A stretch of DNA of 64,000 nucleotides from the sequence record OM386667.1. One strand, 5' to 3'. A program made the position numbers and the translations under genes. The notes below the pieces were generated by a model. It had not been told where the DNA came from and ran no database searches. It saw only the letters and a program-made list of their open reading frames with translations. This DNA comes from Escherichia phage vB_EcoM_REC. Below, piece by piece: positions 9,622 to 19,474 of this stretch. How positions within the stretch are numbered: the stretch's first letter is position 1; every line of letters begins with the position of its first letter.

Positions 9622-10215
9622 TTACCAAGGAATATCTTCTTCTTCCAATTTGGTATCTACTTGAGGTGGACGTGGAACCTTAACCTCTTTAACAAAACGA
9701 AGATATGGAAAACGTGTAGCGATTTTAATAACATGTTTGGCATCTTCTCTAACATCTTTGTGCAAGAAGCAGATCCCTGTTTCCAAAGTTGTTTCAAAAT
9801 CTTTAGAGTAATAACAATCCTTTCCATCAAATGCAGCCTGGCAGATGGACAGATCAAACTCATTCAGAAAGGTTGTCATTACATTTGGGTCCATAATCAT
9901 AAGGTTGCAAAGCTGACCGTCACGTTCAAATTCAAAAACGTGTTTAAGACCAGTAACACCCTCGTAGTTATCAGAAGCCTCTTTGTTTCCTAGCTTACGA
10001 ACATTAGTTCCCATTAAAGCAGATGCAATTAGTTCTTGTATTTGCTCTTCTGATCGATGTGCAGGAAGTGACGTATAGAAATCCAGATCACGTCCAGCAA
10101 TATCAAGAATACGCCAATCACGAACAGCACCGCCAGCCAAGACAGAATTAGGATCAGCGATCTTTAAGACAGTAAGAATTTCTTTGGCAATGTTGATTTG
10201 TTTTGATTTAGTCAT
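9622..10215 (-). CDS. minimal nucleotidyltransferase (Pol-beta superfamily) with SSB-tip-like C-terminus
   Basis: 197 aa; GGAVRDWRILDIAGRDLDF resembles the GGxVRD...DxD head motif of CCA-adding/poly(A) polymerase-type nucleotidyltransferases; ends LEEEDIPW. Confidence 0.45.
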   Translation of the reverse strand: MTKSKQINIAKEILTVLKIADPNSVLAGGAVRDWRILDIAGRDLDFYTSLPAHRSEEQIQELIASALMGTNVRKLGNKEASDNYEGVTGLKHVFEFERDGQLCNLMIMDPNVMTTFLNEFDLSICQAAFDGKDCYYSKDFETTLETGICFLHKDVREDAKHVIKIATRFPYLRFVKEVKVPRPPQVDTKLEEEDIPW

Positions 10216-10426
10216 TGATACGCTCCACAGTTACTTTAACAATATCGTCCATATTAATCTCATCTCCCAAGACTTCAATAACACCTTCCTCATAAAGTCG
10301 AGCACATTCTTCCCATACTTCTGCTTCCGTCATTCCACCTTCAATCTTATTTGCAAGACCTTTAATAACATCTTCATTTTGTTCATCAATAAGAATTGAA
10401 ACATTAAAGCTCACTAGTTTACGCAT
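10208..10426 (-). CDS. hypothetical acidic protein
   Basis: 72 aa ORF overlapping the upstream stop by 8 bp. Confidence 0.35.
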   Translation of the reverse strand: MRKLVSFNVSILIDEQNEDVIKGLANKIEGGMTEAEVWEECARLYEEGVIEVLGDEINMDDIVKVTVERIND

Positions 10427-10603
10427 TGTTTTCTCCTTATACCTCTAAACGGAAAGTTTCTTTAGATACAAAATCGTATCCACCTTTTTCAAGCCAGTCA
10501 TTGTAAACCTCATCAGCTTGAGACTCTATCATAAAATACCGAGTGGTAATTTCGTCTCCGACAATACGCACAATTTTATAGCAAATCATGATACCATTTC
10601 CCA

Positions 10604-10795
10604 TTAATCTTCCTCCAGATCAATTTCATTATAGCAATGTATGCAGTAGCCATCGTTGTGCATATGTTGTTCATAAGACATATCTTTACCACAAGACCAA
10701 CAACGAATATCGCCATCGTCCCATTCACGTTCTTCTTCGCCTTCAAATGCATCTGGTAGGTAAGGCATACCAAGACAATCTAAATCGTAATGCAT
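10604..10795 (-). CDS. small Cys-rich (zinc-ribbon-like) protein
   Basis: start moved to the internal ATG at 10795 preceded by AGGAGGA; CWSCG...CIHC pairs; the longer track ORF would overlap the polymerase. Confidence 0.35.
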   Translation of the reverse strand: MHYDLDCLGMPYLPDAFEGEEEREWDDGDIRCWSCGKDMSYEQHMHNDGYCIHCYNEIDLEED

Positions 10796-10844
10796 ATCTC
10801 CTCCTATAAAGGGGCAGAAGCCCCTTATAAAACAATATGTTAGA

Positions 10845-13800
10845 TCAATGACAGGATGCCCAGGAATTACCCACGTCATATCCGGCAGTAAGCTGAACGT
10901 TAAGATTGTAAAATTCTCCAGCCTTAGTAACAGCTAAAGCAGCAAGTTCACCTGCCCGACTATAAGCTGTAAACCATCCACCTTTGGGAGATTCATGAAT
11001 GTTAGCCCAAATTTGCCCTGTCTCTTTTTCCTTATTATGCTTCCATTCTTCAACTTTAGCAAGGCATTCTTTATCAATTTTCTTTTGTTCTTCAGGATCG
11101 TCTACTTTCTTCCAACCTAATGATTCAGGTGAAAACCATTTGAATTCTACAAGGTTACGAGAAACTTCAAGCTGGGCTTCATCGTGGTATGCAATCATTT
11201 GTTGCACGAAGTCTTTATTCTTCCAGTCATCTTTAAAGAAGTCAACACTTAGTCCTTCTTCTTCGATCATATCGTCATAAATAACCATTGCACGTTTAGC
11301 ACAGATAACCCCACCACTTTGGAACAGAGAGTTAAGAATCGCGTGAGCAGAACGAGTAGGAACCTTACGACCGTCAATACCCAAAACATACTGTTTACCA
11401 GTCTTAACCCAGAAATCGTTTAAACGTTCTTTAAGACGCGCCAGTGGGAATGCAGCTTCCCAGAAAGCATCGAACACCAGTTGCCCTGTAAACTTATCGC
11501 TACCAATTGTTTTAGCAACCTTGTCGGCTTGTGCACCATAGGTAATACCATACTTAACAGATTTAGCAGGACTACGTTCAAATTTACGTCCAATAGTTTC
11601 AGTGATACGTTTTGCCATCATGGTATGAACATCGTTAGGCTTCTCTAACAAGAGAGCGTTACAGTATTCATGAGGCTCCGGTTCGTAGCGCCAACAGTTT
11701 CCTGTGATGGTAATGCAGTCTTTCTGACGCATGACCCACGTACCAAGTTCTGTTTGTGGACACCAAACATCCTCTACACCCCACTCTTCAATAGTCAAAC
11801 TTTGAACAGGAATGTGAGAGCGGTTAGCCAATGTTACCACTTTTACTTTCTGCTCTTTTGTATTGAAAGCTACAGAGATATTGCCTCCATGCACCAGGTA
11901 CGAGGCAGTTAAAGCTGCTTCAAAAAGTTCACCTGGGTTCTGCGCCCAACGCCAAACAGGTTTTTGTTTATGTTCATGCCAGTAACCATCTGCAATCAAG
12001 AAACCTTCCAAGAAAGCTACACGCTCGGCATGAGACATATTAACTACACGCTCTACCCACGGAACATCCCATTTACCTTGTTGAACAGAAGTTAAACTAT
12101 TTACCTGATCTTGTTCCATGTTAAATGGAGCATTACAAATAATATTATCTCCTGTGCAAAGCTCGGCAGTTGTTCTGACTTTAGGCACATAAGTATTCCC
12201 TTTACTACGGGTATTAACATACCAACGGTGATCTGCTGTTGCACGGTAAGTGTGTGATTTCCCTTTAATCTCAAACGTCTTACTATTTTTATAGAAGACC
12301 TTACCTTTTACTTTAGTCCATTCTTTCAGACCTGTTTCAGCATTGTACCCTAAAATCTCATCCCCTTCCTTCAGGTCGTGATATCCTACCCAACCTTTAC
12401 GAGTCAAAGCTTGAGCATCCATCGGCACACAGTAATGTGATTCAATTTTTGCTTCCAAAGAGTCGAAGTCGTAGCCGATCTGGAAGTATTTAGGAACCTC
12501 TACACCAAACAAGTTACGCATCTCCCATCCAAACAAAGATGTGACACGAGGAATATTAGCTACAGATCTATGTTTCATACGAGAGGTTGCAGCATCACAT
12601 GTAGCGGCTGGTGTAGGAATACGCCCATCCGCCCTTACTGCGGCTAAGAAACCTTTATCGTATTCTTGATCTTCTTCATCTTCTTCCCAATCAGCACCGC
12701 CACCTAAAATAGAGTTCCTACGATGCTTATACGTTAAGTATTCTACAATCTGTGTAGCATAAGGAAATTTCTCACCCAAAGCTTGCAGGTTAGGACAAAT
12801 TTCTTTTTCCTGACCTTTGGTAAAACATGGGTTAGTCAATACTTTAAGACCGCGACCTTTACCTTTTGCTATACGCTCTTGAATCTTCCTTTCCAAAGTT
12901 TCCGGTGTGCACTCCAGATGATCACAACGATCCTGACAAAAATTAGAAGATAGAGTTTGCTCAACGTAAGCTCTAATACCTTTCTGAAGTTCTTCCTCGC
13001 TCTTTTTAATTTTGGTGCCAGATTTAAGCGTCAAGTCTTTATCTTTATATTCAGACGGTACCCAACCTAATCCTACGAGCCAGTTTTTAATATGGGTTGT
13101 ATCGTTCAATGTTGCAGGGATGTTAGGATCACATAGAGGCTCATCTGCTGCAACTGGCAGTTTCCACTCTTTCCCCCACATAACTAACCACCAATCGCCA
13201 TCCCTCTCTTCCAAATGACCATCATGTTTCTTAGCAAAATTGATCATATGGTTAGTTGGCTCTAAGTTCTTTTTAATTTGCAACTTAGGTGGAATAAAAG
13301 CCTTAAGATAACCTTTTGTTGCTGGTTTAGGTGGCAAAATAGGCTCAACGAGTAAACGAAGACGCTCCATTTCTGCATCCAAAAAAGCAAGGTTCTCTTC
13401 TGCTTGCTTCATGTTAAAAGCAAACCCACGGTGTTCCTGGCGTGTAATAATGTCTGCTACACGTTGTTCAAGTTCAAATGGACCTTCCCATTTATCATAA
13501 TCGCCCCATTCTTCCATAAGGTAATTATATACGCTCGTATTGGCTTTGTTGTCATAGATACAGTAATAAAGCATATCCGCAGCAAAAGTCTTAAATCGAT
13601 CTTCTTCTGGAATCTCTTTACGGAAATCTATTTTTACATCACCACCTGCTTTTCGAGAAAGTGCTGCCAAGCTATGTCCTGATTTGCCCTCAATCTTTCG
13701 ATCTGGGTTTAACACTTTACTCAAAATCAAGGAGTCAATAAGTTTTACCTTATTTTTGCCCCACGTATTATATTTAACACTGTAATCTAATCCATAAAAC

Positions 13801-14177
13801 AGTTTTGTAGCCAACCAGTCGTAGTTGATACCGTTGTGAGCCACAGCCATTTCAACCAGATATTCAGGCTTGTCTTTAAAATAACCTTCATGATTAATAA
13901 AATCTGGGAAATCTTTTAGTTGAAAATGTGTGTAATCTTGCGCCACATACTCTTTAAGAACATATGTGTATTTACCATCTGACTCTTCATAAGGACGCCC
14001 ATCAAAGATGTATTTAGGGCCATCGTGGAAAGCTACTATTTCTCCTGTTTCATGGTTCTCTAAGACAATACAGTGCATTTGAAATGTGTCTTTGAGACGA
14101 TAAGGACTAGCTAAATAATCAATAGTGTCATTATTCAACAATCCGTTTGCTTCAATATCCCATGTAAACTTACTCAC
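10845..14177 (-). CDS. family A DNA polymerase (T7 gp5-like) with 3-prime to 5-prime exonuclease domain, interrupted by an intein
   Basis: 1110 aa; N-terminal FTWDIEANGLL (exo I, cf. T7 MIVSDIEANALL), DFDSLEAKI (motif A), KYGITYGAQADKVAK (motif B), C-terminal GNSWASCH (cf. T7 GPNWAICH). Confidence 0.9.
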   Translation of the reverse strand: MSKFTWDIEANGLLNNDTIDYLASPYRLKDTFQMHCIVLENHETGEIVAFHDGPKYIFDGRPYEESDGKYTYVLKEYVAQDYTHFQLKDFPDFINHEGYFKDKPEYLVEMAVAHNGINYDWLATKLFYGLDYSVKYNTWGKNKVKLIDSLILSKVLNPDRKIEGKSGHSLAALSRKAGGDVKIDFRKEIPEEDRFKTFAADMLYYCIYDNKANTSVYNYLMEEWGDYDKWEGPFELEQRVADIITRQEHRGFAFNMKQAEENLAFLDAEMERLRLLVEPILPPKPATKGYLKAFIPPKLQIKKNLEPTNHMINFAKKHDGHLEERDGDWWLVMWGKEWKLPVAADEPLCDPNIPATLNDTTHIKNWLVGLGWVPSEYKDKDLTLKSGTKIKKSEEELQKGIRAYVEQTLSSNFCQDRCDHLECTPETLERKIQERIAKGKGRGLKVLTNPCFTKGQEKEICPNLQALGEKFPYATQIVEYLTYKHRRNSILGGGADWEEDEEDQEYDKGFLAAVRADGRIPTPAATCDAATSRMKHRSVANIPRVTSLFGWEMRNLFGVEVPKYFQIGYDFDSLEAKIESHYCVPMDAQALTRKGWVGYHDLKEGDEILGYNAETGLKEWTKVKGKVFYKNSKTFEIKGKSHTYRATADHRWYVNTRSKGNTYVPKVRTTAELCTGDNIICNAPFNMEQDQVNSLTSVQQGKWDVPWVERVVNMSHAERVAFLEGFLIADGYWHEHKQKPVWRWAQNPGELFEAALTASYLVHGGNISVAFNTKEQKVKVVTLANRSHIPVQSLTIEEWGVEDVWCPQTELGTWVMRQKDCITITGNCWRYEPEPHEYCNALLLEKPNDVHTMMAKRITETIGRKFERSPAKSVKYGITYGAQADKVAKTIGSDKFTGQLVFDAFWEAAFPLARLKERLNDFWVKTGKQYVLGIDGRKVPTRSAHAILNSLFQSGGVICAKRAMVIYDDMIEEEGLSVDFFKDDWKNKDFVQQMIAYHDEAQLEVSRNLVEFKWFSPESLGWKKVDDPEEQKKIDKECLAKVEEWKHNKEKETGQIWANIHESPKGGWFTAYSRAGELAALAVTKAGEFYNLNVQLTAGYDVGNSWASCH
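11697..12431 (-). mobile_element. intein with LAGLIDADG homing-endonuclease domain inserted between polymerase motifs A and B
   Basis: residues 583-827: begins CVPMDAQAL, contains TADHRWYV (block B T..H), FLEGFLIADGYW (LAGLIDADG), ends ...CITITGN followed by Cys +1; flanking extein sequence aligns with T7 polymerase. Confidence 0.6.
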
Positions 14178-14971
14178 TATTCCTCCTTTCTAATGTTCTC
14201 CAGAACCCACTGAAGTTCTTTTAAACTTAAACTTCTTACTCCCGCAGTTTTACTAGCTTCAGCTTTAAGTAACGGGTAAGCCTCAATGATACGCGTTTTA
14301 AGATCAGAAGTCAAGGCTTTTAAAAAATAGGTAGATGCTTCAGATAAAGAATCTTCTTCTGATAACACTCTACCTGCACTTGCTCCCGCTCTCCTAACAG
14401 CTATATCGTAGTCTTTACTGTTACCTAATACGAATAGTCGATTCTCTCCTAAAACAACGGGAGAACGCTTCTCGTTGCGTTTAATCCATACCTGGAATAC
14501 ACAAGGAACATCCCAAGGTTCTCCATGAAGAATAAAAGATCCTTTTGGACATTCTTCTTCGTAAAGAAGATGCATATGGGGATTTAGTTTGTGTGCAAAA
14601 AAGATTTTTTGAAATGTGCGAGGCAAGATAAAACAAATACCACCTTCGTTATCCAGCATTTCAGCACAATGGTTAAAGAATTTAATGGCAAGACTAGCAT
14701 TTTTTCCAAATGGAGGATTACCGACAAAAGCAGTTACACTACCAACAGACTCAACAGATTGAGCTAAAAAATCTGCCTCAATACAATCTTCAAACTTAGG
14801 GTCAATATCAAAAGAAGTTATGTTTTTAAAACAAGAAGAGAAAGCTCCTTCTCCCGCAGATGGTTCTACGTAGTTAGCTTCCTCTCCAAAAATTTCTTTG
14901 ATCTTATCACATAAGAACCCCGCATAAGCGGGGTTAGTGTAATATTGATCAAGTGTGTTCAACTTGCTCAA
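14177..14971 (-). CDS. DNA methyltransferase, N6-adenine (or N4-cytosine) amino-methyltransferase type
   Basis: 264 aa; EPSAGEGAF (SAM-binding motif I-like) and GNPPFG (catalytic motif IV, NPPF variant); start overlaps polymerase stop (ATGA). Confidence 0.6.
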   Translation of the reverse strand: MSKLNTLDQYYTNPAYAGFLCDKIKEIFGEEANYVEPSAGEGAFSSCFKNITSFDIDPKFEDCIEADFLAQSVESVGSVTAFVGNPPFGKNASLAIKFFNHCAEMLDNEGGICFILPRTFQKIFFAHKLNPHMHLLYEEECPKGSFILHGEPWDVPCVFQVWIKRNEKRSPVVLGENRLFVLGNSKDYDIAVRRAGASAGRVLSEEDSLSEASTYFLKALTSDLKTRIIEAYPLLKAEASKTAGVRSLSLKELQWVLENIRKEE

Positions 14972-14980
14972 TAGTCCTCC

Positions 14981-15412
14981 TTAGTTGTTAGCGAACTCAA
15001 TAGTGAGGTCAACTTTACCATCATCAGAAATAACCATGTTTTTAGTATTTTTAAAGATGATATCTACTTTACCTTCACTTACACGACAGAATGCAACACC
15101 ATCTGCAACTTTATCGATATAATATTTGTAAGAAAGAATACCCACTTTACTACGACCAGCACCTTTTGTGAAAGAAGGGCTTACATCGAAACGGAAACCT
15201 TTAGAAGAAACAACACGGTAAGAACGTCCAGTTGGGATATGTTCAATAACAGAAACATTGTTCTCAACAACTTTTACAGCAAACTCTTCAGGATGATCCT
15301 CAACAATCATATGTGGGATGGCAAATGCCAACGCTTGTTTGTGTTTAATAACACCAGCACCCAGAGCACCAGCAGCTTTAACTTTTGCATTCAGATCGAT
15401 TGTCATACGCAT
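14981..15412 (-). CDS. hypothetical protein
   Basis: 143 aa ORF with its own near-consensus promoter upstream. Confidence 0.45.
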   Translation of the reverse strand: MRMTIDLNAKVKAAGALGAGVIKHKQALAFAIPHMIVEDHPEEFAVKVVENNVSVIEHIPTGRSYRVVSSKGFRFDVSPSFTKGAGRSKVGILSYKYYIDKVADGVAFCRVSEGKVDIIFKNTKNMVISDDGKVDLTIEFANN

Positions 15413-15446
15413 TTTTTACTTCTCCTCTTGTTTGGTTGATGAGACA

Positions 15447-15475
15447 AGTATAAGCCTCTGCCGTAAAGTTGTCAA
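15447..15475 (-). promoter_or_regulatory. sigma70-like promoter (TTGACA-17-TATACT) for the 14981-15412 gene
   Basis: minus-strand TTGACA at 15475-15470, 17-nt spacer, TATACT at 15452-15447, then AGAGGAG RBS and ATG. Confidence 0.55.
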
Positions 15476-15477
15476 CA

Positions 15478-15507
15478 GGTATTTTTAATAAAAGGGCCGA
15501 AGCCCTT
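15478..15507 (-). terminator. putative terminator after primase-helicase
   Basis: AAGGGC-cgaa-GCCCTT hairpin overlapping the stop codon, followed on the minus strand by UUAUUAAAAAU. Confidence 0.45.
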
Positions 15508-17284
15508 AATAGTTGCTATCCGTAGGCAAATTAGCAGGATTGTTGAAATACTGCTCTTTGTCATGCAGAGTTGCAGTTCTAATGTCATAGTAAAACTGCC
15601 CTGCCGGACCAGTTTCCGAGAACTCACGGTTTTTTAGGATAAAGCAATGAGTCGTATTGCGTTCTACAGGGTCTTCAGCGGCTTTATCTCGTTCCAAAGC
15701 CAAGGTAATACCAGCACCTTTAGCCAAGAAACTACTACCCATTGCATCGTCCTCTGTTAAGTGTTCATTGCCACCATTAGCCGATTTCTTAACGTGTGAG
15801 ATGACGATAATAGTTATAGCATACTCTTTCATAATGCGCTTCAACCATGTTGCTAACTCTTCTTGGGCTTGAACATCCATACCAGAAAGCAAATCAGAAT
15901 AAGGGTCGATAACAAGAATTGTTACTCCAAAATAGATGATCATCTCCAAAACTTTTTCTTTGATAGACTCCACATCTGCTCCACGATCATCACATACATA
16001 AAAACGTGGTGATCCATCTTCTCTTTCGTAAAAATCTAGGATTTTTTCTTTATTCTCTTCCAAGATTTGAAATTTCTCTTCCGGTGTTTTCCTGTGTAGA
16101 GGAATATGCAGGAACGAGGACAACAGGTTACGAGAATATTTCTTATAAGTTGCTTCCAAGGACAGGATACCTAGGGTATGTTCTGGGTGCGCAACAATAA
16201 TATGTTTGGTGATCTCGTTCACCATCAAAGTTTTACCGATACTGGTCTTTGCCAGGATGACTGTAATCTCTTCCTCTACTAAACCACCACCCAGCATGTT
16301 TGCAGCTACACGCATAAAAGGAGGCAAGGTAATCATCTTGGATTCCAAGCATTCTAATGCAGCTTCATACAAGACATTAGAAGCATAAACACCTGCTGGG
16401 GTGTATAGACGAGCACTCCAAAAAGCTTTTACGAAATCTTTTGCACGACCTTCTTCCAGATACTGATTGGCATCCTTAAGATCCATCTGCATACGGTAGA
16501 CTTTGTTACGAGGCAGCACCTTAACAATATTTTCAAATGCCTCATTACCTGCTTTATCATTATCCATGCAAACAATAATCTTCTTAAATTTTTCAAAGAA
16601 AGGATATTGTGCCTGAACTTGTTTATACATACTGGTTTCACCAGTTGTGCCACTAACTACTGCTGGAAGTTCATACTTGTTGTCCAAGTTTTCAGATAGC
16701 ATTTGATAAGCTGCCAGAGCATCGTGTTCACCACCTGTAATTACCACAGTATGAGAACGGTCTGCAAAACGAATTTGTCCAAAAAGATCTACATCTTTAC
16801 CTACTTGACCAATAGGTTTACTGAAATCTTTAGGATGAATACGACGCTTAAAACCAACCAATTCTTTACCGATAGTAGTCGGATATAAACAACTTTCTAC
16901 TACCATCTGATCCCCTTCCTGACGGTATTCATAACGAACACCATAGAAAGATGAAACTTTTTCTTTAATGCCTCGATAACCACGTGGGTTGGTTGATGTT
17001 TCTTGAACAATTTTACGATGAATCTGTTTATTAAATTCCGAACCCACAATCTCCTCCTCTTCTTCTAAAACTTCACCATTTTCTCGTAACCATTCTACGC
17101 TAGGAATAGTGTATTCACACGCAAAGCACTTAGCACCTTTATGCTCTCCATTAGAATCTAATCCATAAACCATCAGGTTATTACGAGAGCGATCCTTGCC
17201 ATTTTTCATGCAGCGCGGACAACCTGTATGCCCTTCCTTGCTAAGATCAACATCAAATCCATATTTAGTTATAATGTGCGACAC
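15506..17284 (-). CDS. bifunctional primase-helicase (T7 gp4-like)
   Basis: 592 aa; N-terminal Cys4 zinc ribbon (CPRC...CFAC), central TOPRIM-like region (VVITGGEHDALAAY), C-terminal P-loop helicase region (ILAKTSIGKTLMVNE). Confidence 0.8.
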   Translation of the reverse strand: MSHIITKYGFDVDLSKEGHTGCPRCMKNGKDRSRNNLMVYGLDSNGEHKGAKCFACEYTIPSVEWLRENGEVLEEEEEIVGSEFNKQIHRKIVQETSTNPRGYRGIKEKVSSFYGVRYEYRQEGDQMVVESCLYPTTIGKELVGFKRRIHPKDFSKPIGQVGKDVDLFGQIRFADRSHTVVITGGEHDALAAYQMLSENLDNKYELPAVVSGTTGETSMYKQVQAQYPFFEKFKKIIVCMDNDKAGNEAFENIVKVLPRNKVYRMQMDLKDANQYLEEGRAKDFVKAFWSARLYTPAGVYASNVLYEAALECLESKMITLPPFMRVAANMLGGGLVEEEITVILAKTSIGKTLMVNEITKHIIVAHPEHTLGILSLEATYKKYSRNLLSSFLHIPLHRKTPEEKFQILEENKEKILDFYEREDGSPRFYVCDDRGADVESIKEKVLEMIIYFGVTILVIDPYSDLLSGMDVQAQEELATWLKRIMKEYAITIIVISHVKKSANGGNEHLTEDDAMGSSFLAKGAGITLALERDKAAEDPVERNTTHCFILKNREFSETGPAGQFYYDIRTATLHDKEQYFNNPANLPTDSNY

Positions 17285-17296
17285 TTTGTTCTCCTG

Positions 17297-17575
17297 TTAA
17301 AATGGTTCGTTAGTCTCCATCATATATTCTGCTTCTAGTTCTTCCATATGCTTTCTAAATTGGAAAGCAATTTCTGCTACAGTTACATTTAAATCTTTTT
17401 CAAAAACTTCTGTAGAGCCTTCATAAAAACGAATACCGTCAATTAAAAGCCCTCCGTGGTAATCCCAATCACTTTCACGAGAAAGCGGGTTAGGCTCTTC
17501 ATAATAGTAATCCACCTCCACAACTAAGGCTTTCCCGTTACGAGTGATGTATTCAAAATCAAAAGTGTTAATCAT
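17297..17575 (-). CDS. hypothetical protein
   Basis: 92 aa ORF. Confidence 0.4.
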   Translation of the reverse strand: MINTFDFEYITRNGKALVVEVDYYYEEPNPLSRESDWDYHGGLLIDGIRFYEGSTEVFEKDLNVTVAEIAFQFRKHMEELEAEYMMETNEPF

Positions 17576-18519
17576 TATAGCTCCTCAAATAAAAGTCTAC
17601 GACGCTCATTCAACACATCAATGTGATAATGAGTCCTGACATACTTAGCTAATGCTAATCCTTTCTCCATGCAAACATCGGGAGCACTTAATAAGTATTC
17701 CGTAATATCTTTCCACTCGGAAGGTGTTTCAGCAAAGAATAACAAATCTTTAAACTCTTGTGTATGATAATTCTCACGAGGAGAACAGATCAAAGGTAAA
17801 CCCTTAGCACCTGCCTCAAGAATTTTAAGATTGCTTTTTGCATTATTAAACACGTTATCAATCAATGGCGCAAGACTGATTTGATGACCATCGTAAGATT
17901 CCATGTAGTTGGCATATGGTCTTACACCTTCATAAACACAAGTTGGTGCTACATTTTCTCTGATTACAGACCATTCACGACTACTTAAAACTTCAGAATC
18001 CCTACGAAAACCACATATTGTAAGATCTTTACCAAAATCGGGCAAGATAGCCAAATCTTGTTTATGTGTTTCACTTCCAGCCCAGACTAATGGAGTTTTG
18101 GAGTAGCGATCACGGGTCAACACAAATTGACCTTCATCATAAGGAAGTCCATTAGGGATTATGTGCACATTATCATTGTATTGTGAAAGTTCAACTTGCA
18201 AGGCAGGTGTCGTAGTTGTAACAAGATCACTGTGCTCTAAAAACCATTTTAAATGTTCACGAATACCTGATTCAAAAATACCTTCTAACATGTGTCCTTT
18301 TGGAATAACTAAAGAGTCATCCAAATCCATAACCATTTTAAAGCCTAGGTTTTTAAGGGCTAAAAAGCCCTCTTTACCTTTTGTTGGCACTCCGTTAAAA
18401 ACGAAAACGTTGTATTTAGGTTGTGAAGAGAACTGCCTTGAGTAAGGCAGCACTACCCTATGGAAATCGCAGACACTATAATTGATTCCGTTACGATTGT
18501 CAAGAATTATTTGTCCCAT
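17575..18519 (-). CDS. putative glycosyltransferase (GT-B-like), paralog 1
   Basis: 314 aa; KSNLKILEAGAKGLPLICS resembles the E..EA.A.G.P.I.S donor-binding motif of GT-B glycosyltransferases; paralogous to the next gene (DFHRVVLPY / DYHRIVMPF, VMDLDD / VVDLDD). Confidence 0.45.
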   Translation of the reverse strand: MGQIILDNRNGINYSVCDFHRVVLPYSRQFSSQPKYNVFVFNGVPTKGKEGFLALKNLGFKMVMDLDDSLVIPKGHMLEGIFESGIREHLKWFLEHSDLVTTTTPALQVELSQYNDNVHIIPNGLPYDEGQFVLTRDRYSKTPLVWAGSETHKQDLAILPDFGKDLTICGFRRDSEVLSSREWSVIRENVAPTCVYEGVRPYANYMESYDGHQISLAPLIDNVFNNAKSNLKILEAGAKGLPLICSPRENYHTQEFKDLLFFAETPSEWKDITEYLLSAPDVCMEKGLALAKYVRTHYHIDVLNERRRLLFEEL

Positions 18520-18526
18520 ACTTCAC

Positions 18527-19474
18527 CTACAAACTTTCAATAACCTGGCGTCGCAACTCGTTTGCATCTGCCAGATTATAATGTGTTCGAACATGTTCAG
18601 CCAAGAACAAGCCACGATCTTCCCGATAGTTTGGATTGCGAAGAAGCTTAACAATTTCGTAATGCCATTCTGCTTTATTCTCTGCGTAAGCAACAGCGCG
18701 AGCATCTACAGGGTTAAAATAAGGTAATACCTTAGAACAAACAATCGGAATACCTTTTGCTCCAGCTTCCAGGATTTTGAGATTACTTTTACAATTATTA
18801 AAATCATTGTCTACCAAAGGAGCTATAGCAATAGCATGACTTTCGTAAACACTCATGTAATTATCTAAATCTTTTACAGCAGCTTTATATTTGGCATTTG
18901 GTAAATTTCTGCGAATCTTAATCCACTCTTGTCCCGTGATGCTTTGTGATGCTTCATATCCCGCAATAGTAAGAAGTTCATCATCGAAAGTATTAGAGAC
19001 TAGTCGTAAATCTGGTTCGTGACTAGCACCGCCAGCCCATACAACAGGGGTACCGGATGAACGATCATTTGACAAAGTGAATTGTCCGCTATCAAAAGGA
19101 AGTGCATTTCGGATCACAACGACATTTCTATTTAAGTGACGGATCTTATATGCCAAATATTCTGTAGTCACAATAACCACATCAGCAAGCTTAACCATAG
19201 CTACAATAGCATGAGTGTTTGACTCGTATAGACTTGCTAAATAATGCTCTGGATTAAGTTGGTAAAAATCATCTAAATCTACAACAACCTTAACACCTTG
19301 ACGTTTCAAAGATAAAACGTATTCTGCACCTTTAGAGTGGATACGGTTAAACACAACAATATCTTTCTTAGGTTGAAAATTATTGTTGTTAAATGGCATA
19401 ACAATACGATGATAGTCACAACCGCTATGAGGTTTTGCATCAATTTTTAGTTTAGACCATTTTTTATTTGACAT
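18527..19474 (-). CDS. putative glycosyltransferase (GT-B-like), paralog 2
   Basis: shares KSNLKILEAGAKGIPIVCS and other blocks with paralog 1; start moved to the internal ATG (19474) that aligns with paralog 1 and avoids a 50-bp overlap; longest ORF would start at 19513. Confidence 0.45.
   Translation of the reverse strand: MSNKKWSKLKIDAKPHSGCDYHRIVMPFNNNNFQPKKDIVVFNRIHSKGAEYVLSLKRQGVKVVVDLDDFYQLNPEHYLASLYESNTHAIVAMVKLADVVIVTTEYLAYKIRHLNRNVVVIRNALPFDSGQFTLSNDRSSGTPVVWAGGASHEPDLRLVSNTFDDELLTIAGYEASQSITGQEWIKIRRNLPNAKYKAAVKDLDNYMSVYESHAIAIAPLVDNDFNNCKSNLKILEAGAKGIPIVCSKVLPYFNPVDARAVAYAENKAEWHYEIVKLLRNPNYREDRGLFLAEHVRTHYNLADANELRRQVIESL

Noticed and set aside
10806-10826. Hairpin AAGGGGC-agaa-GCCCCTT downstream of the polymerase as a terminator
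   Set aside because: On the transcribed (minus) strand it is followed by the RBS and ATG of the next gene rather than a U-tract; more likely a stability or translational-coupling element.
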